Positions 1-13,253 of a stretch of DNA of 64,000 nucleotides are shown in pieces. The position numbers and the translations under genes are program-made. This DNA comes from Balanoglossus misakiensis (lineage: Eukaryota > Animalia > Hemichordata). The DNA lies in NCBI GenBank assembly GCA_040954595.2, contig CM082587.2:899622-963621 (forward strand). Reading direction: 5' to 3'. Every line of letters starts with the position of its first letter. Within the stretch, counting starts at the first letter, position 1. A model generated the notes under the pieces. That model saw nothing but the letters and a program-made list of their open reading frames with translations, was not told the origin of the DNA and did not search any database.

Positions 1-1016
1 TGGATAACATATTTGTCTTGCTGTGACGAACAGCAGGCATGGTTGCCATTAGAAGTCGAAAATTAAATTGATTTGAATATTCAGTCCAGGCTCTCGTCAC
101 TTGGTAGGTTATACCGCATGCAAGGATTGGCTATCATGACTATGTCAAACGCTAAGTTAAATCCCAGCTCCATTTTCTCTCCCGCACATCTTTTTAAACA
201 AAGGCCAGTGATGGCATGTGATGAATGTTATAGTTAAGCAATGATGCATCCTGCAAAGTATTGAGATCAAACACCACCCATGAACAAATTAAATCATGGT
301 GGTTACAAGTAACTGTGATGAGACTAAGTTTCCCGACAAAAGTTTACAGGGATGATCCACCTATCTCTTTGCTAACAAGCAGAGTACAAGAAACCTGTGA
401 GATCAGAAGTCACAGTTGAACTGTTCTAATAATTATTCTGCATACAGACTTTGAATGTTTGGACCATGATGTCACTGATAGACTTTTTAAAGGAAAACAT
501 AAAAACAAGTAACAGAAGTCGATGACATGTCACTTCAGAAGACATAAACCTAAAGTAGTCAGTAAAACGGTGCTGTACATCTGAACATGTTCTTTTAAAA
601 GTGTAAGTAGCCAATGCACATATTCTATTTATAGTGATACGGATGTCTAGCGAGTGGCGGCACTCGGCTGACTCATGCTAGAGCGGGATCACCTTTGCCA
701 TTTTTGGATCCACAGTGACGGACACTACACGATGAAAATTTATACCAGACCCAGCGTGGCCTATCAAGTGACGCTGTTTATTGTTATACAGATATATAAC
801 TTTTCATTGTCTCAACCCCTGATGAGAATTTTATGGGGTTATTAATATTAAATGGTGTATGAGTGCTATTGGTTTCAAGTGCAAGTATTAGAATACTGCC
901 TCTATGCCCTGAAATGACTAATTGCCAAGATCCTGACTATCTAGTGCAAACGGAAAACAAGATTTTGTTTCATGTTTCATGTTTCATCATCTATGCATCT
1001 GCATTACTACATTATA

Positions 1017-1180
1017 AATCTGTCCCCATCTGCATCGACACATTGAAAGTCTGTCTGCACCTTCATTGAAAGATCTGTTCATCTGCATTTACAACAACAT
1101 TGAATTTTTAAGTCTGTGCACCTGCATTAAAAGTATTTTCATCTGCCTTTACAAATGTTATCTGTGCATGTGCATTTGTA
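1017..1180. repeat. Degenerate minisatellite (tctgtnca[t/c]ctgcatt-like units) in the IMP3 intron
   Basis: Several imperfect copies of tctgt..catctgcatt / cattgaaag seen in succession. Confidence 0.55.
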
Positions 1181-1765
1181 AGTGTATAGTATGCTTTTTA
1201 AAGTCAAAACTCCTAGGCTCCAAGTGATTCTGTAGTAGAGGTCAATTGTCCTTCAACTATAGCAAGGGCACTGTGATTTTGATGAGACCTTGACTTGGCT
1301 AAGTAAGTCTCAAACGTGATATGGATTCTGCAGACCCCTCAACCCATTCACATTTATAACTCCATTGGGGTTTGACCCGAATGTGAATGACTAGGCTTGA
1401 ACATAGCCATAAATGTGGAACTTTATCTGAGAGGTATTAAAGTGGCGATAAAGTGAACATTTAATTCTCATCTTTTAAAGGTCACTATACTTGTTTTTCG
1501 AATGAAGAACAGCTTGTCATAGGAGGAGCAACATCAATGTAAATTTCACAAACACTGTAAACAACCTGCAAACATCACAACACAAACTGAGCTGCACTCC
1601 ATGGCCATGTGGTTCGTGCCTTGAGGGGGCGCTGTTCATATTTTTTACATCATGAACATAAAATGACCCTTCTGAATGTGCATATTTCAATACCTATGAA
1701 ATGATCTAACAACCTGTGATTCCAGAATATAAACGTAGCATTCTGTGTACCATTTTATATTTCAG

Positions 1766-2502
1766 ATACAGCATGGGACTTATACCAACAAAAAGGAATT
1801 TAGCTTTATGTGAAAAAGTGACAGCATCTGCCTTTTGTAGAAGACGACTGCCAATAGTCATGGTGAAGCATCGGATGGCTCAGAGTTTGAAGTCAGCTAT
1901 CACATTTATTGAACAAGGTCATATCAGAGTTGGACCAGACATCATCACTGATCCAGCATTTCTTGTCACTAGGTAAGATCGTGTTAGTCCTCCTGTCAGT
2001 GTTACTGAGGGTTCCCCAGTCATTTTAACAGGCTTCTCTTGGATATATCCTCGCACTTAATATTACCAGGGTTACCTCAGCATTTACTAATACACACCAA
2101 CTTTAGCAAATACACTGATCTCTGATAGTTTTAAAGACATAGTTGATAGACACACTAGATACTTTCTTTAACATTTACCCCCAGATATCTACCCTAATGC
2201 TAACTGCTGCGTGGGAATATTTGTATGATTTTTTTCAGGAACCTAGAGGATTTTGTGACATGGACAGACACTTCTAAGATAAGACAACACATCATGGAGT
2301 ATAATGATGAGGTCAGTTTACCCTATCCTACGCTATATATGTATATTGTATCTTGACTTTAAACACCATTGTACACAAGTTCCTGGCTTGTTGACAGGGC
2401 CCAGTGGAAGTGGAAAGTTATCTACTCTTCTAGAGATGAAAATTATATAAAAATGTTTTCTTTTTTTCATTTCAGAGAGATGACTTTGATCTTATGGCGT
2501 AG
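1766..2502 (+). CDS. IMP3: U3 snoRNP protein IMP3 (S4-like domain), 3' part only; upstream exons not found in the window
   Basis: Exons 1766-1972, 2239-2311 and 2476-2502 join in frame through GT-AG introns. Translation: [101 protein letters not shown], the characteristic IMP3 C-terminal half. AATAAA at 2597-2602. Confidence 0.96.
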
Positions 2503-2864
2503 TTCTACACTTCAAGACATGTACACCATGAAAGTTATTTTTGCTGTTTTATAGCTGTTCTGTAATTTATAAGTATAAGACTTTTTATTTCATGAGAATA
2601 AACTGTAACTCTACAGATATGATAAACTCAGCTTGTCATGTTTTTCATTCAAGGTTCAACAAATCTGAGTAATCATTCCTTTTAAATTCCACAAAACTTT
2701 GATAAAAACCATTTTGAATTTTACAATCTCAATTCTCCTTGGTCATTTTAAACCCCATCTTTACTGCGCTGATCAAACAAGGAAACAAGTCTGGCATGAA
2801 TGTTCGTGTCTTTTTGGTCAACAAATGCTACATAACAAATGACAATATATTTGGCACTACCTCA

Positions 2865-5800
2865 TCATGGAAAAGGGCCTCTTCTTCCCAGATGTCTTTG
2901 AAATCCTTTGCCTTTCAATGCTGGTTGGTGAGATCTTCCTCTTTGCTGCTGTTGCTTCTTGAAGGAATCTATGTCTCTCTTGGCATTGAGGAGCATACGA
3001 CTGAAACAAAGAAGTTTGGCAAACAGAGAAAAAAACGAATTACACCAATAACTTGTGATGCTTGTTTGTGGTGTAGGTGTGTGTCTGCAAAGAATGCACA
3101 TGAATGGAACAGAGCTGTGGGGACACACTGTGCTTTATATACATGTTGACAGGATGTTGGGTTTCTGCAAGAGACAATCAAATTGATAAAATATTGAAAG
3201 ACCAGCCAAACTTACTTCATGGAAGTCAACTCATCAATCAACCCTGTCAATTTCCTGGTGGCTTCTTCATCAGTGACCTGGCAGCTTGGATGATTTGTGG
3301 GCATGGCAACATAGAATGGTTTTCTTGCATCACTTGTTCCTGCACTGGCAGTTTGGTTTGGTCTACACTGGGTTGCAATTTCACTGATCACATAAAAAAA
3401 GTTTACAGTTGTCAACATTGCCTGTTATGCATACCTATTTGCTTCAAAATGAACTAAGCTTTGGCTATGCTTTCGTAAGATAATGTCAAAGTTCACCAAG
3501 CATGTTTGTTGGCAATATTTGAAACTCAAAGTTTCTGATATTATACCACTCGTCATCTTGCAGCCAATGTTCACTAAACATAGTCATCATGCACTCATGT
3601 TTGATTACCGGTAAAAAGCTAAATCAAGTCGACCAAATCATGCATTCTGGTGTTACACTACCTGGCAGTTGGCACTGACCAATCTTCATTGATACTACAA
3701 AGCTGAGAGTCTGTGAAATCCATAAAGTCATCTATGACATCAGTACTATCTGTATTGTAGAAAAAAACATTAAATATATACAAGTACTGAACATACATAC
3801 ACATTCTACCATAAAATGCCTAAGCTGTGAATGTCCCAACAACAAGCTTGCCAATCAGACTGATGACAATCTGACAAACACGGACAAGACAACTTAAACG
3901 TGGCATTTACAGAAAGCAACACCCAAGCAATGCTAATCTTTTACATGTGTACTCATATACCTAAGAGTATTCTGCTTACCAGTTGTCATTGAAGGAACTT
4001 TATCTGGTAACTGAACTGCAGTCATTCCCTTGATAGGATCCTTGTGAGGGGATGTCGTTCCCTTGATAGGATCCTTCTGAGGTGGTGTCATTCCCTCAAT
4101 AGGATCCTGGGCTGGTGTCATTCCCTTGATAGGAACCTTATGAGAGGGTAAGCCCATCTCACTGACATCTGAAGTCTTGCCATCTCTACTGCTGTCCTCT
4201 TGAATGTCTGCACAACTAGAAGCCACAGCAGTGACTTCAGCTTTCTGAGTAAAACTGTCTATTTGCTCTTCTCGTGTATTATGGTTGTCAAGCGAAGATT
4301 GATCAGCAATACTAGTTATTTCAGATGAACCTCTTTTCAACTCTTGGGGATGCTGTTCTTCAGATGATACATCTCTTACTACATGTACTACCTGACATGT
4401 TTTTTGAAGACTTTCTGTGGCACATTCACCTCTAGAATTTTCCTTTGGCTCAGTAGAAGTTTCAGTTAGCACAGAATCATCATTAGTCTTGATGGGGTCT
4501 ACATCTCCATATTTCAAGTTGCTTTCCTCACTGGTGGCAGTATTTCCTGCACTGGTAGTTGGAACATTTACTTCTGGAATCATATCCATTTGTGCAGTAA
4601 CACTGGGAATTCCAGTTGGAATCTGTGTCTCAATGACATCGTCATTTCTATCACTCTTTTCTGTATCAGACATGTCTGTATCTTTGCCAAACTTCGGTTG
4701 TATGTTTGCAGAACTGTCAACTTTGTCTACTGCCCTCTCCTTGGCTATCATTTCACTGCCTGGGGACTTGTCATCCATTAAATTATCTTCATCAGTCTTT
4801 TGACCATTGTTCACGGAATGTTCCATACTTTTTTGAGGTGCAACTGAACTGGGATCTCTCTCCCTTGTATCATCTTCTTGTACCTTATTTTGAACACAGG
4901 AATCTTCTTCACCTTTCAAAGAATCACAGTCAGGATGTTCATCTGTGAGGACTGGTCCTTCATGTTCACCACACACTGTTAGCATTTGGCCAAGTTTTGA
5001 TCCTCCTGTATCATCATCTACATCTCTGACTTCTTCTTTCATGTCTATGCCGACATGCACCTTTCCTGCACAATCTGTATGGCCACTAGAATCAGTTTCC
5101 TTAGTCTCATGTTCATCATCTTCAGAGATTTGGTCTTTCCCGTGCAAGACTGTAGTTCCTAGTGGTGCCTGTGGTGGTTTTGTTGCTTGCATAGTTTTCC
5201 TCTTCTTACCAAATGTAGGCACATATTTTGCTGCTTGTGAAAGTGGCATTTGTGATAAGCTCATAAAATCATCATCAATGTCGTTTTCCATTTGGTCTGG
5301 CTGAATGAGGTTTAGTCTAGTAAATACAGAATGGAAAGAGCAACAAGCTTATTACTTAACTTTGTAGTTCCTTACAATTACCCTAAAGTTGAATGATCAA
5401 TACTTTTTACCACGGCTCCTAAGTGCTCACCACATCTTCATGGTAAACTAAATATTTGACTTACAGCCCCAAATTCTTTCCTCAGAAGAGAAAATGCTAT
5501 TGAGTTAGAATTCTACATACTTTGGTTTTGTAATGCTGTCTGTCTCTTCTAAATCCATGCAATCTTGGGATATTGCTGCTTCTAGTTTTTCTTCAGCTTT
5601 ACCAACAATTGCATCACTCATTTTGTTTCTTGACAACTTTGACTTCTTTGGAATTTTATCTTTATTCTCTGAAGAGTTGTTACTTTGTACATTATCTGCA
5701 GAAAGAATTACATACATGTAGATATATTTATCTAGTATCTAGTAGCTCATCATCATTTTCTTTTTCTCACAAGGGTGATAAGAACTTTTGAGCTAAGTAC

Positions 5801-6084
5801 ACACTAGCTGCAATGATTGTGGCGGTCGGTGCTGCTTGGTTGACTGGTGTGCAGTCAACCTAGCAGCACCGGCCGCTACAATCATTGCAGCTAAGTACAC
5901 ACATGCATCAATTTCATGTCATTATCAAACCAAGAAAATAGTTCATACCGTCCACAGAATTACTTTCTTCGTCTTGCTGTTTGGTCGGCCTCCCTCTTTT
6001 CCTTCCTGTTTTTGGCTTGTCACCAACTTTACCATTAACGCCAGTTCTTCCTGGACTTTTAGTATTGCGACTTGCTCTAGGCAT
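2865..6084 (-). CDS. ~679-aa acidic, largely disordered protein with a BRME1/C19orf57-like C-terminal helix and an N-terminal AT-hook/NLS-like motif
   Basis: Six exons (6084-5949, 5695-5521, 5316-3980, 3749-3662, 3383-3216, 3000-2865) total 2040 nt and splice in frame with canonical sites. N-terminus MPRASR...RKRGRPTK; internal DFMDFTDSQL; C-terminal EEATRKLTGLIDELTSMNRMLLNAKRDIDSFKK. The gene structure is well supported; the family call rests on recalled similarity. Confidence 0.75.
4020..4140 (-). repeat. Coding tandem repeat, about 4 x 30-33 bp (PI[K/E]G[M/T]T... units)
   Basis: Translation VPIKGMTPAQ-DPIEGMTPPQK-DPIKGTTSPHK-DPIKGMTAVQ; DNA units gtcattcccttgataggatcc repeat on the + strand. 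Confidence 0.85.
5805..5893. mobile_element. 89-bp foldback MITE-like element with 9-bp target-site duplication, in intron 1 of the BRME1-like gene
   Basis: 42-bp inverted arms (tagctgcaatgattgt...gttgactg / cagtcaac...acaatcattgcagcta) with 3 mismatches and a 5-nt loop. Identical agtacacac at 5796-5804 and 5894-5902. Confidence 0.75.
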
Positions 6085-6356
6085 AGCTGTAAAGAATATC
6101 ATTTCAACTCGTAAATTTGCATAATAGTCTGTGGAGACCAGTCGCAGTAAACAACAACAGAAAATATGGCGAAAAGTAATGCTTAAACTAGTTTTCTCCC
6201 TCGCCCCTCGCTGAGTAGTTCGGAAACTTCTATAAACATATAGCGACTCTCAACTAATTATCAATATATTTCTATTGAGGTCCCCAAGTACAGCCCTTTT
6301 CAGAGCGTTTTCACCGTGCACAGGTCCATTTCTTGTTGTCGATGTCGGGCGCGCAG

Positions 6357-6378
6357 CCCCCCCCCCCCCCCCCCCCCC
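6357..6378. repeat. Poly-C/poly-G homopolymer upstream of the BRME1-like gene
   Basis: Run of about 22 C. Confidence 0.9.
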
Positions 6379-8615
6379 ATAAATAAAGCGAAAGATACAT
6401 ACGAAAATACGTACTTCACACTAACAGTCCCTCGTTCAATGTGTTTTCCTTATGAATAACAACTTTTTGTCAGTGACAAAATATAAGAGCTGAAGTTTGA
6501 ATTTACCTGCAGTGGAAAGATAAAACACAAGTTTTTGGAATCCCGACTGCAGCAGACGACGCGTACCGTAAGGACGGGGCTACACCCAATCATTTCCAAG
6601 TTTACATGCCAGGGGCCCAATAAGCCAATCAGAAAAGTTTTTACATATACCATGGGGAATCTCCAGCTTTGGTCGAAGGTGGCGGTATTCGCAAAGCAGT
6701 CGGCCATGTTTCTTTTATGAGAAATTGTTTCTTTGACAAGTTTTAATATTGACGAGGTGACTATGGAGTGGGCAATTACAGGAAGAGTTGCTTGTTTGGT
6801 TTGTTTGAATGCACAGGTCAATGTGCATTGGAAGCCATTCACATATTCTTTGATCATACATATCCGCAATCATGTCATGCAATAAACAACAACAAAAGTT
6901 TGAGTCACTTTCATAATACTTTTATTTTCCTTTCATTTTTTTCTCTTCAAACATACACACACACTTAACATATTATATGTTGATTAATACATTACCATGC
7001 AAAGACTCACTGCACAAATTCACATATATAACATTCTTTGTTCAATTCATGTCATCTAAAAACAACCATGACATCACTACCACCAACAAACTCATGTCAT
7101 GGAAACATCTCATAATTTCACCTGCCATCATAAAATGAGTTGCAAATCTTTCATCTGCATACATAAGGTTAAAGCAAAACACCAGTATTTTTTTGCACGA
7201 GATATACCAGTTAAATGAAAAGCACAAATATCAAGCATTCCATAAATCAATCCATAAAAGAAATTGTCTTTCTGGTCTACCCCATTGAAAATAAAACTTC
7301 TTTGTACTAAATGCCATCATTTTTGATAAATAGTTGAAATGTGTATTTTTGCACCTTTTTGATACATTTCTTCTAGTATCATATAGCTAGACATTCAAAT
7401 ATACAAGTTGTTGCATTGACTGATGCTGAGATAAAAAAAAACAAAACAAAAACAAAACATGCAGATATAATGATGGCTAAAATGATCAAGTAAAACTGAC
7501 CTGATGTAATGCACATAAATAAAAAGGCATAATTCACACATTATAAATAAAGTAAGAAATCTGATGGGTAAATATCCATTTGCAATGTTAGGTTTGGACA
7601 GTCTGTTGCCATGAAGGTAGATCTGTTGTGGAGTCCCAATGACAAAAGTCATGATGTTCTTTAGACTGCAAATTTGAGTTCAGAGGATAAACAGCCATTG
7701 AAATCACTCTGATACACCAATTTTGCAAGCATGTACAGGTTATACTGGATGAAGGGACTGCCTGATAAATACTGACCAAAGTTACAGGAAGACATCATCC
7801 ATCAAAATACAAGAAATACAAGCTCATACAATTACGTGTGTATGACCAAATGACACAAAACAAAGTTTAAACACATTAAACTGAAAACGTTTTGACGATG
7901 GCTCTAGTATATGTAAATATATATATTTATATATGGCACAAAATAAATAAAATGTTAGACAATTTGTAGTAATGTCATGAATTTGTACTGTGATGGTGGG
8001 TTAATGCAAATATTCAAGAACCAAAATATGGCATGCATAATTTCTGCATAGAAAGCTACTTGGGAAATCAAACTCTTTGCTACAAGAATGCACCAAAATT
8101 GAAGGCATGAACTTCTGCAATATACATGTACTGCAGAAAAATATTCAAAACAAGAAAACAAAATTTTTTCATGCATGTGCAATATACTTAATACAACTGT
8201 TTTGCACTGATGAAGAAAGCTAAAGAAAACCCTGCTCATGTACAGGTATTGCAGGATTCAAGACGTCTGTATCAAATCCTAATATGCATTTTAGATAAGA
8301 CTCCAAAGAAAACAGTTTTAAATGTAACTCTTTTCCTTGCAAGTCATGCATAACACTACTACTGGCCACAAATAATCTAGGTGCTAGATTTGTTTGCTTT
8401 ATTCTATTGTTCAGGCCGTTGTTCAGATTTAATCTACAAGTACTACAGGACAATTGAGCCAGAGATTTTGGCCTGTTAAACAAATGCAATCAAGCAATCT
8501 AAAAATGTCTGCACCACAGAGAGAATTATCATTCCTTTTTCTGAATGGTTTGTCCCAATTCACAACAGAGCGATCACCAATGGCTGTTCTATTGTTCAGA
8601 GATAGGGGCAGCAGC

Positions 8616-10539
8616 TCAGTAATAATAAATGTTACTGGATGCCCTCTTTGGTCTCCAAGTTCCAGAGTCAGTGTCATCTGATTCATCAGATGTCCTGTGT
8701 CTTCTTGACCTTGACCCTCGGTAATTCAAGAAAGTACTATAGTCATCGTCATCTGTGAAAACAATCAGGATGAGAGAAAAACACTTGAGAAAAGACAGAA
8801 TGAAAGTGGTACCCTCTATCTGCAGAATTTGTTAAACACACAGAGCAGTGATTCGTCAGACACACTCAGCACAAAATTGACACATGTAAATGACAGACGA
8901 CAAGAGCGAATATCATTTCCAAATTCCCCTGCAGTGATGCTACACTGTTACTTGAATCGTACAAGGTATAGTCTTTACTAACCATCATCATATGGTTGAT
9001 GCCTTGGAGGGTCAATACGGGAAACCATCTCAGCCAGATCAGTGAACATAGCATTAGCTTTGACATAAGTCTGTAAAGTAAATAAAATAATGAACTGTCA
9101 GAGACTGTCCGAAATCACATCTTGAAATAGAGGTCAATGTCAAGAGTCACAACACTTTACCTGTGCCTTGGATGAAGTTGTCTTTTCTTTCTTCTCCTTG
9201 AACATATCCTTCATAGTATTTCCTTTGTGCCACACATTGAAAACAGTCTTTCCATGATGGTACCCAACTTGCATAATTTCATCGTACTTTCCGAAATCCA
9301 GAGTTCTAAACCTGCACAAGATCACAAACCAAGTTCAGTAAACACGTTGAGATTGAAATTGTGACAACTGGAAGCACAATTGTACAACAAAGGGGAACAG
9401 TGCATGGAACATTAAGCTCTTATTTAAAAGCGCTGGACTTACCTGTCAATGGGTGGTCTAATATATTCACACATACCACTGTTTTTCAGTTCTTCTAGAT
9501 GTCTCACACATGACACATATGCTAATCTACTCTGTACTTCTGTCATATCGGGAACCTGAACAGAAAAACAGTTCAGAGATTAGCACTGTTGCAGTACTCA
9601 GAATTCTACCCCCTCCCCTCCCCAAACAACTCATAGAGTTTTTTCTAGACGTGAGCTAGTGCAAACAATTTTTCTAGTTAGAAGATTGTGACTGCATCAC
9701 TTCATTAGAATACAAACCTTGACTTGTGATGCCCATGGGTTCCACCGTTTCCATAACAACCACCACCCAGACAATTTATCTCCATAATTGGTCAACTCAG
9801 TTTCGTCCTGACTTCCGACATCAATGGCCACTACAGTCTGGGCTCCCATTGCTTTCATAACATCAGCTACAAGAGGGGTAAATGCCAAGTATCAGATTAA
9901 TGAACAGTTCATCTGATGTGATCCAGAAATGTCACACAGCAGGGAAGCTGTCAAGACTACTGAAGAGGACAGATGTAAGCTTGAAATGTCATCCAATCAC
10001 GTCATCTGTTACTCACCTGGCAGGTTATTAACATATCCACCATCCAATAGTAGATGACCATCTTTGGGATCACACATTGGAGGGAGGTAACCAGACAAGG
10101 ACATGCTGGCTCTCACGTATCTCCATAATGACCCTAAATTAAAAGCAATATTTACAAGTTCAGGCATCAAATCAACACACATAGGACAAGATACACAGTA
10201 AAAATCAATGTACAGACCACCTGTGTAAAATGAAGAAGAAACAGCACGTGTTTCAAGTTTATGTGGCATCCTATATGTCTATCCAATCATGTCAGTGAAA
10301 ACAATGAGGCTAGGCCAACTTGTGGCTATGAAAAGGTTGAAGATGAACAAAAAATCAAGATTGCAAATGAAGATACCACTCACCATTTGTATGCACCCTC
10401 ATGTGTGAATGAGTGATATCTGTTGTAATGTTGAAGTAAGGAATCCACAAATCTTCTATCTGTTTCTCACCAAACAGATTCTGAATGGTCCTGTTGAAAG
10501 CTCCACCTGTCAACACATAGATTATAGCTTTCATCATCC

Positions 10540-10586
<47 letters not shown>

Positions 10587-13209
10587 GTAACTTGTAGTGG
10601 ACAATTCATGGAGTTCTGATAAAACACCTACCTGTAAACATGGCTGTGGAAGGGTAGGTCAAATCCATGATCTGTGACCACAAAGAAGTCATAGCTTTGC
10701 ACCATTTTTTAGCTCTCTTGCCACTAGCATCAGCATTGCCTTCATCAGCATAGAGGGCGCCCGTCAGTGAGCCAATACTGGTACCCCCTACCATGTCAAT
10801 TGGGATACCCTGTTCTTCCATGGCTTTCATTATCCCGATCTGAGAACAGCCCCTGTTGCAGGGAGAAAAGAGTTCAGTACGGATTGTTTTCTGCCAATGT
10901 TACTATGTTGAAAAACTTACTCAGCAGTAGAAACCATGGCTACATTGTTGCTTTCCTTTTAAAAATCATACATCTGTACATTACTGTACCTTGCTCCACC
11001 ACCTCCGAGGACAAGACCAATGGATGTGCCGGTCAAAAATCTGGCCAATCTTGAGAAGTCTGAATGTCTGTCTGGTGGCCTCTCAAACAACTTCTTGTAA
11101 ATTTCTTGCATTTTGTGTGGAGGTTTCTTTGAGAATACCCTCTTGGGACATCTGAAAGAAAGAAGTTATCACTCCAAATTGAAGACAGTATTTTTCTGCT
11201 GACAAAGATCATTCTTCTGATATTAGCTTCACCAACAAGTTTACACACGTGGCACTTGTGTTCTGCACATCAAACTCAGCGTCCAAACGCCATCCAAGTC
11301 GACTTCATGTCTACACACCTGATATGGTGATGCAAGGAGACCCATCCTCTAGCATTCAACCATTCCACAGTCCTCGTAGGTGCTTTATACTCTCCATCCA
11401 CTTCTTTGTGAAGAAGAACCAGTTCCTTCTGAGCTCTCACAGCCAGCGTTTCCAACTGTTTCTCAATTTCACCGACTATATTGGGATCTTTGTTGGCCAA
11501 GCCAACGATGAGGATTGAGTCAGCCTGGTGAGGGAATTTTTGAGTCCGTGAAAAAACATGACTGCATATTGATAAAGATATGCCACTCTGAATGTTCTTT
11601 GGATATTGATATTACAAATGTAGTTATTGATTATATACAGCTGAATAATACCCTTAGTTGAATACATATCGGATCAACTTTGGTAAGACATATCTAAGCT
11701 AGAACTTCATGGATGCAAGCAAAACCCCCATGCTGCACCATGTGAACAGTTACCTGTCTTATACATCTCTGAGTCCATGCTGACATTCTGAAGTCCGCTT
11801 GGTATATGGTGATACGATGGATGTCTTCCTGCTGAGCTAACCAACTTGAAAGACGAAATTCATTTATACTGCAACAGACAAAGAGGGTAAAACTTTCTCA
11901 ATTATTTCTCTGCTATGAAAATTTTTGTGCATTTGATACTTGTCATGTGACACTGTGTAGACATATTTCCCATATAAGATTTGGCAAGATGGCTTACATG
12001 GAAAGAATCAGTCTACTTTTGATAACTATTTCATGGTGACAATTATTTTGATATTATTTGAGTTCCATACCTATCTAAGGCAGCAGCTCCAAGTCTATCC
12101 TGTATGTGTTCACTTGTAAGTCTCAATGTGGTTCCTGGAGTATGGGAAAACAAACAAATGCAAGACAGGAGGTTTAGGACATTGTCAAAAATTATGCTTG
12201 CATACTGACAATATGGACCTTCTGGGTTCCAGTCTTTCCGTAATTTTGACAAACATATTATGACTCACCAATGGCACATAAAGCGCGTTCCAGTTCAAGA
12301 GTAAAATGCCAGAGTGGAACGTCGTTTGACACAGGTAAGATGGCAACAGTTGACAGGTTGGACAGCAGAGGTCTCTCTGAAACTTTCACTTGATCTGAGA
12401 ATTGGATTCCACCCAGCGATTTGCCGGTGATTGTGCCCAGGATTCTCTGTCCGAGGAGATGGATGAGTCTGGTAACAACCTGTGGGTGTTTCCTCTTGAT
12501 GGTGTTCAGTAATCCTTCTGGAACTTTCGCCAGTTCTGTGTCTCTGGAAAAATATTGGAAGGAAACGCAGTCACGCATGGGACACGGTCTATGTACAGTA
12601 GCTGTTGTCAGCAATCAAGGGGAGTTAATATTGAATTGCGAAATGACATCACTTCATCCAACATACTTCTGCAAATCAACTGGTTTTTCAACCAAGTACC
12701 AACCTGACCGCATGGACAGTGGTCACTCTACTGGTCTGTGTCAAGACCTCCACAATGCCCACCATGTCCCCTCTTCCGTATTCTCCGACCAGTTCCTTCT
12801 TTCCGTTCTCCAGAGTTGCCACGGATCGAAGTCGTCCATTCAATATGATGTAAGTACAGTCAGACTCGTCTCCTTGCCTGGAAGTTGAAAAAAGTGGAGA
12901 ACATCAATTGGATTGAAAAGTTACAATCTGACAAACACTGCCATTCCATGTGAGAGTTTGAAAGAAAATCTGCTCTGTACCTGAAGACAGCTCGACCAGC
13001 TTCAAGGTGCATCCAGTCCAAGGCAAAATCAATCTGTCTGACAAATGGTGACAGTCTCCTGACAATTGTATGTGCTACGTTCAGTACAACTCTGGGACAG
13101 GCTCTCATTATGCTGCAAGTACAAAAGCAAGTCAAAGTTTAATATACATACCTTCAAAAATGTACCTTCAAATCCACACACATGCCCACTAGACATACAA
13201 ATAGACAGA

Positions 13210-13253
<44 letters not shown>

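Noticed and set aside
4417-5304. Several long plus-strand ORFs
   Set aside because: Antisense shadows of the 1.3-kb low-complexity exon of the BRME1-like gene.
10355-10627. ORFs with poly-Met (minus) and poly-His (plus) runs that look metal-binding
   Set aside because: They come from an intronic (CAT)n microsatellite; canonical splice sites at 10631 and 10507 remove it from the NTE mRNA.
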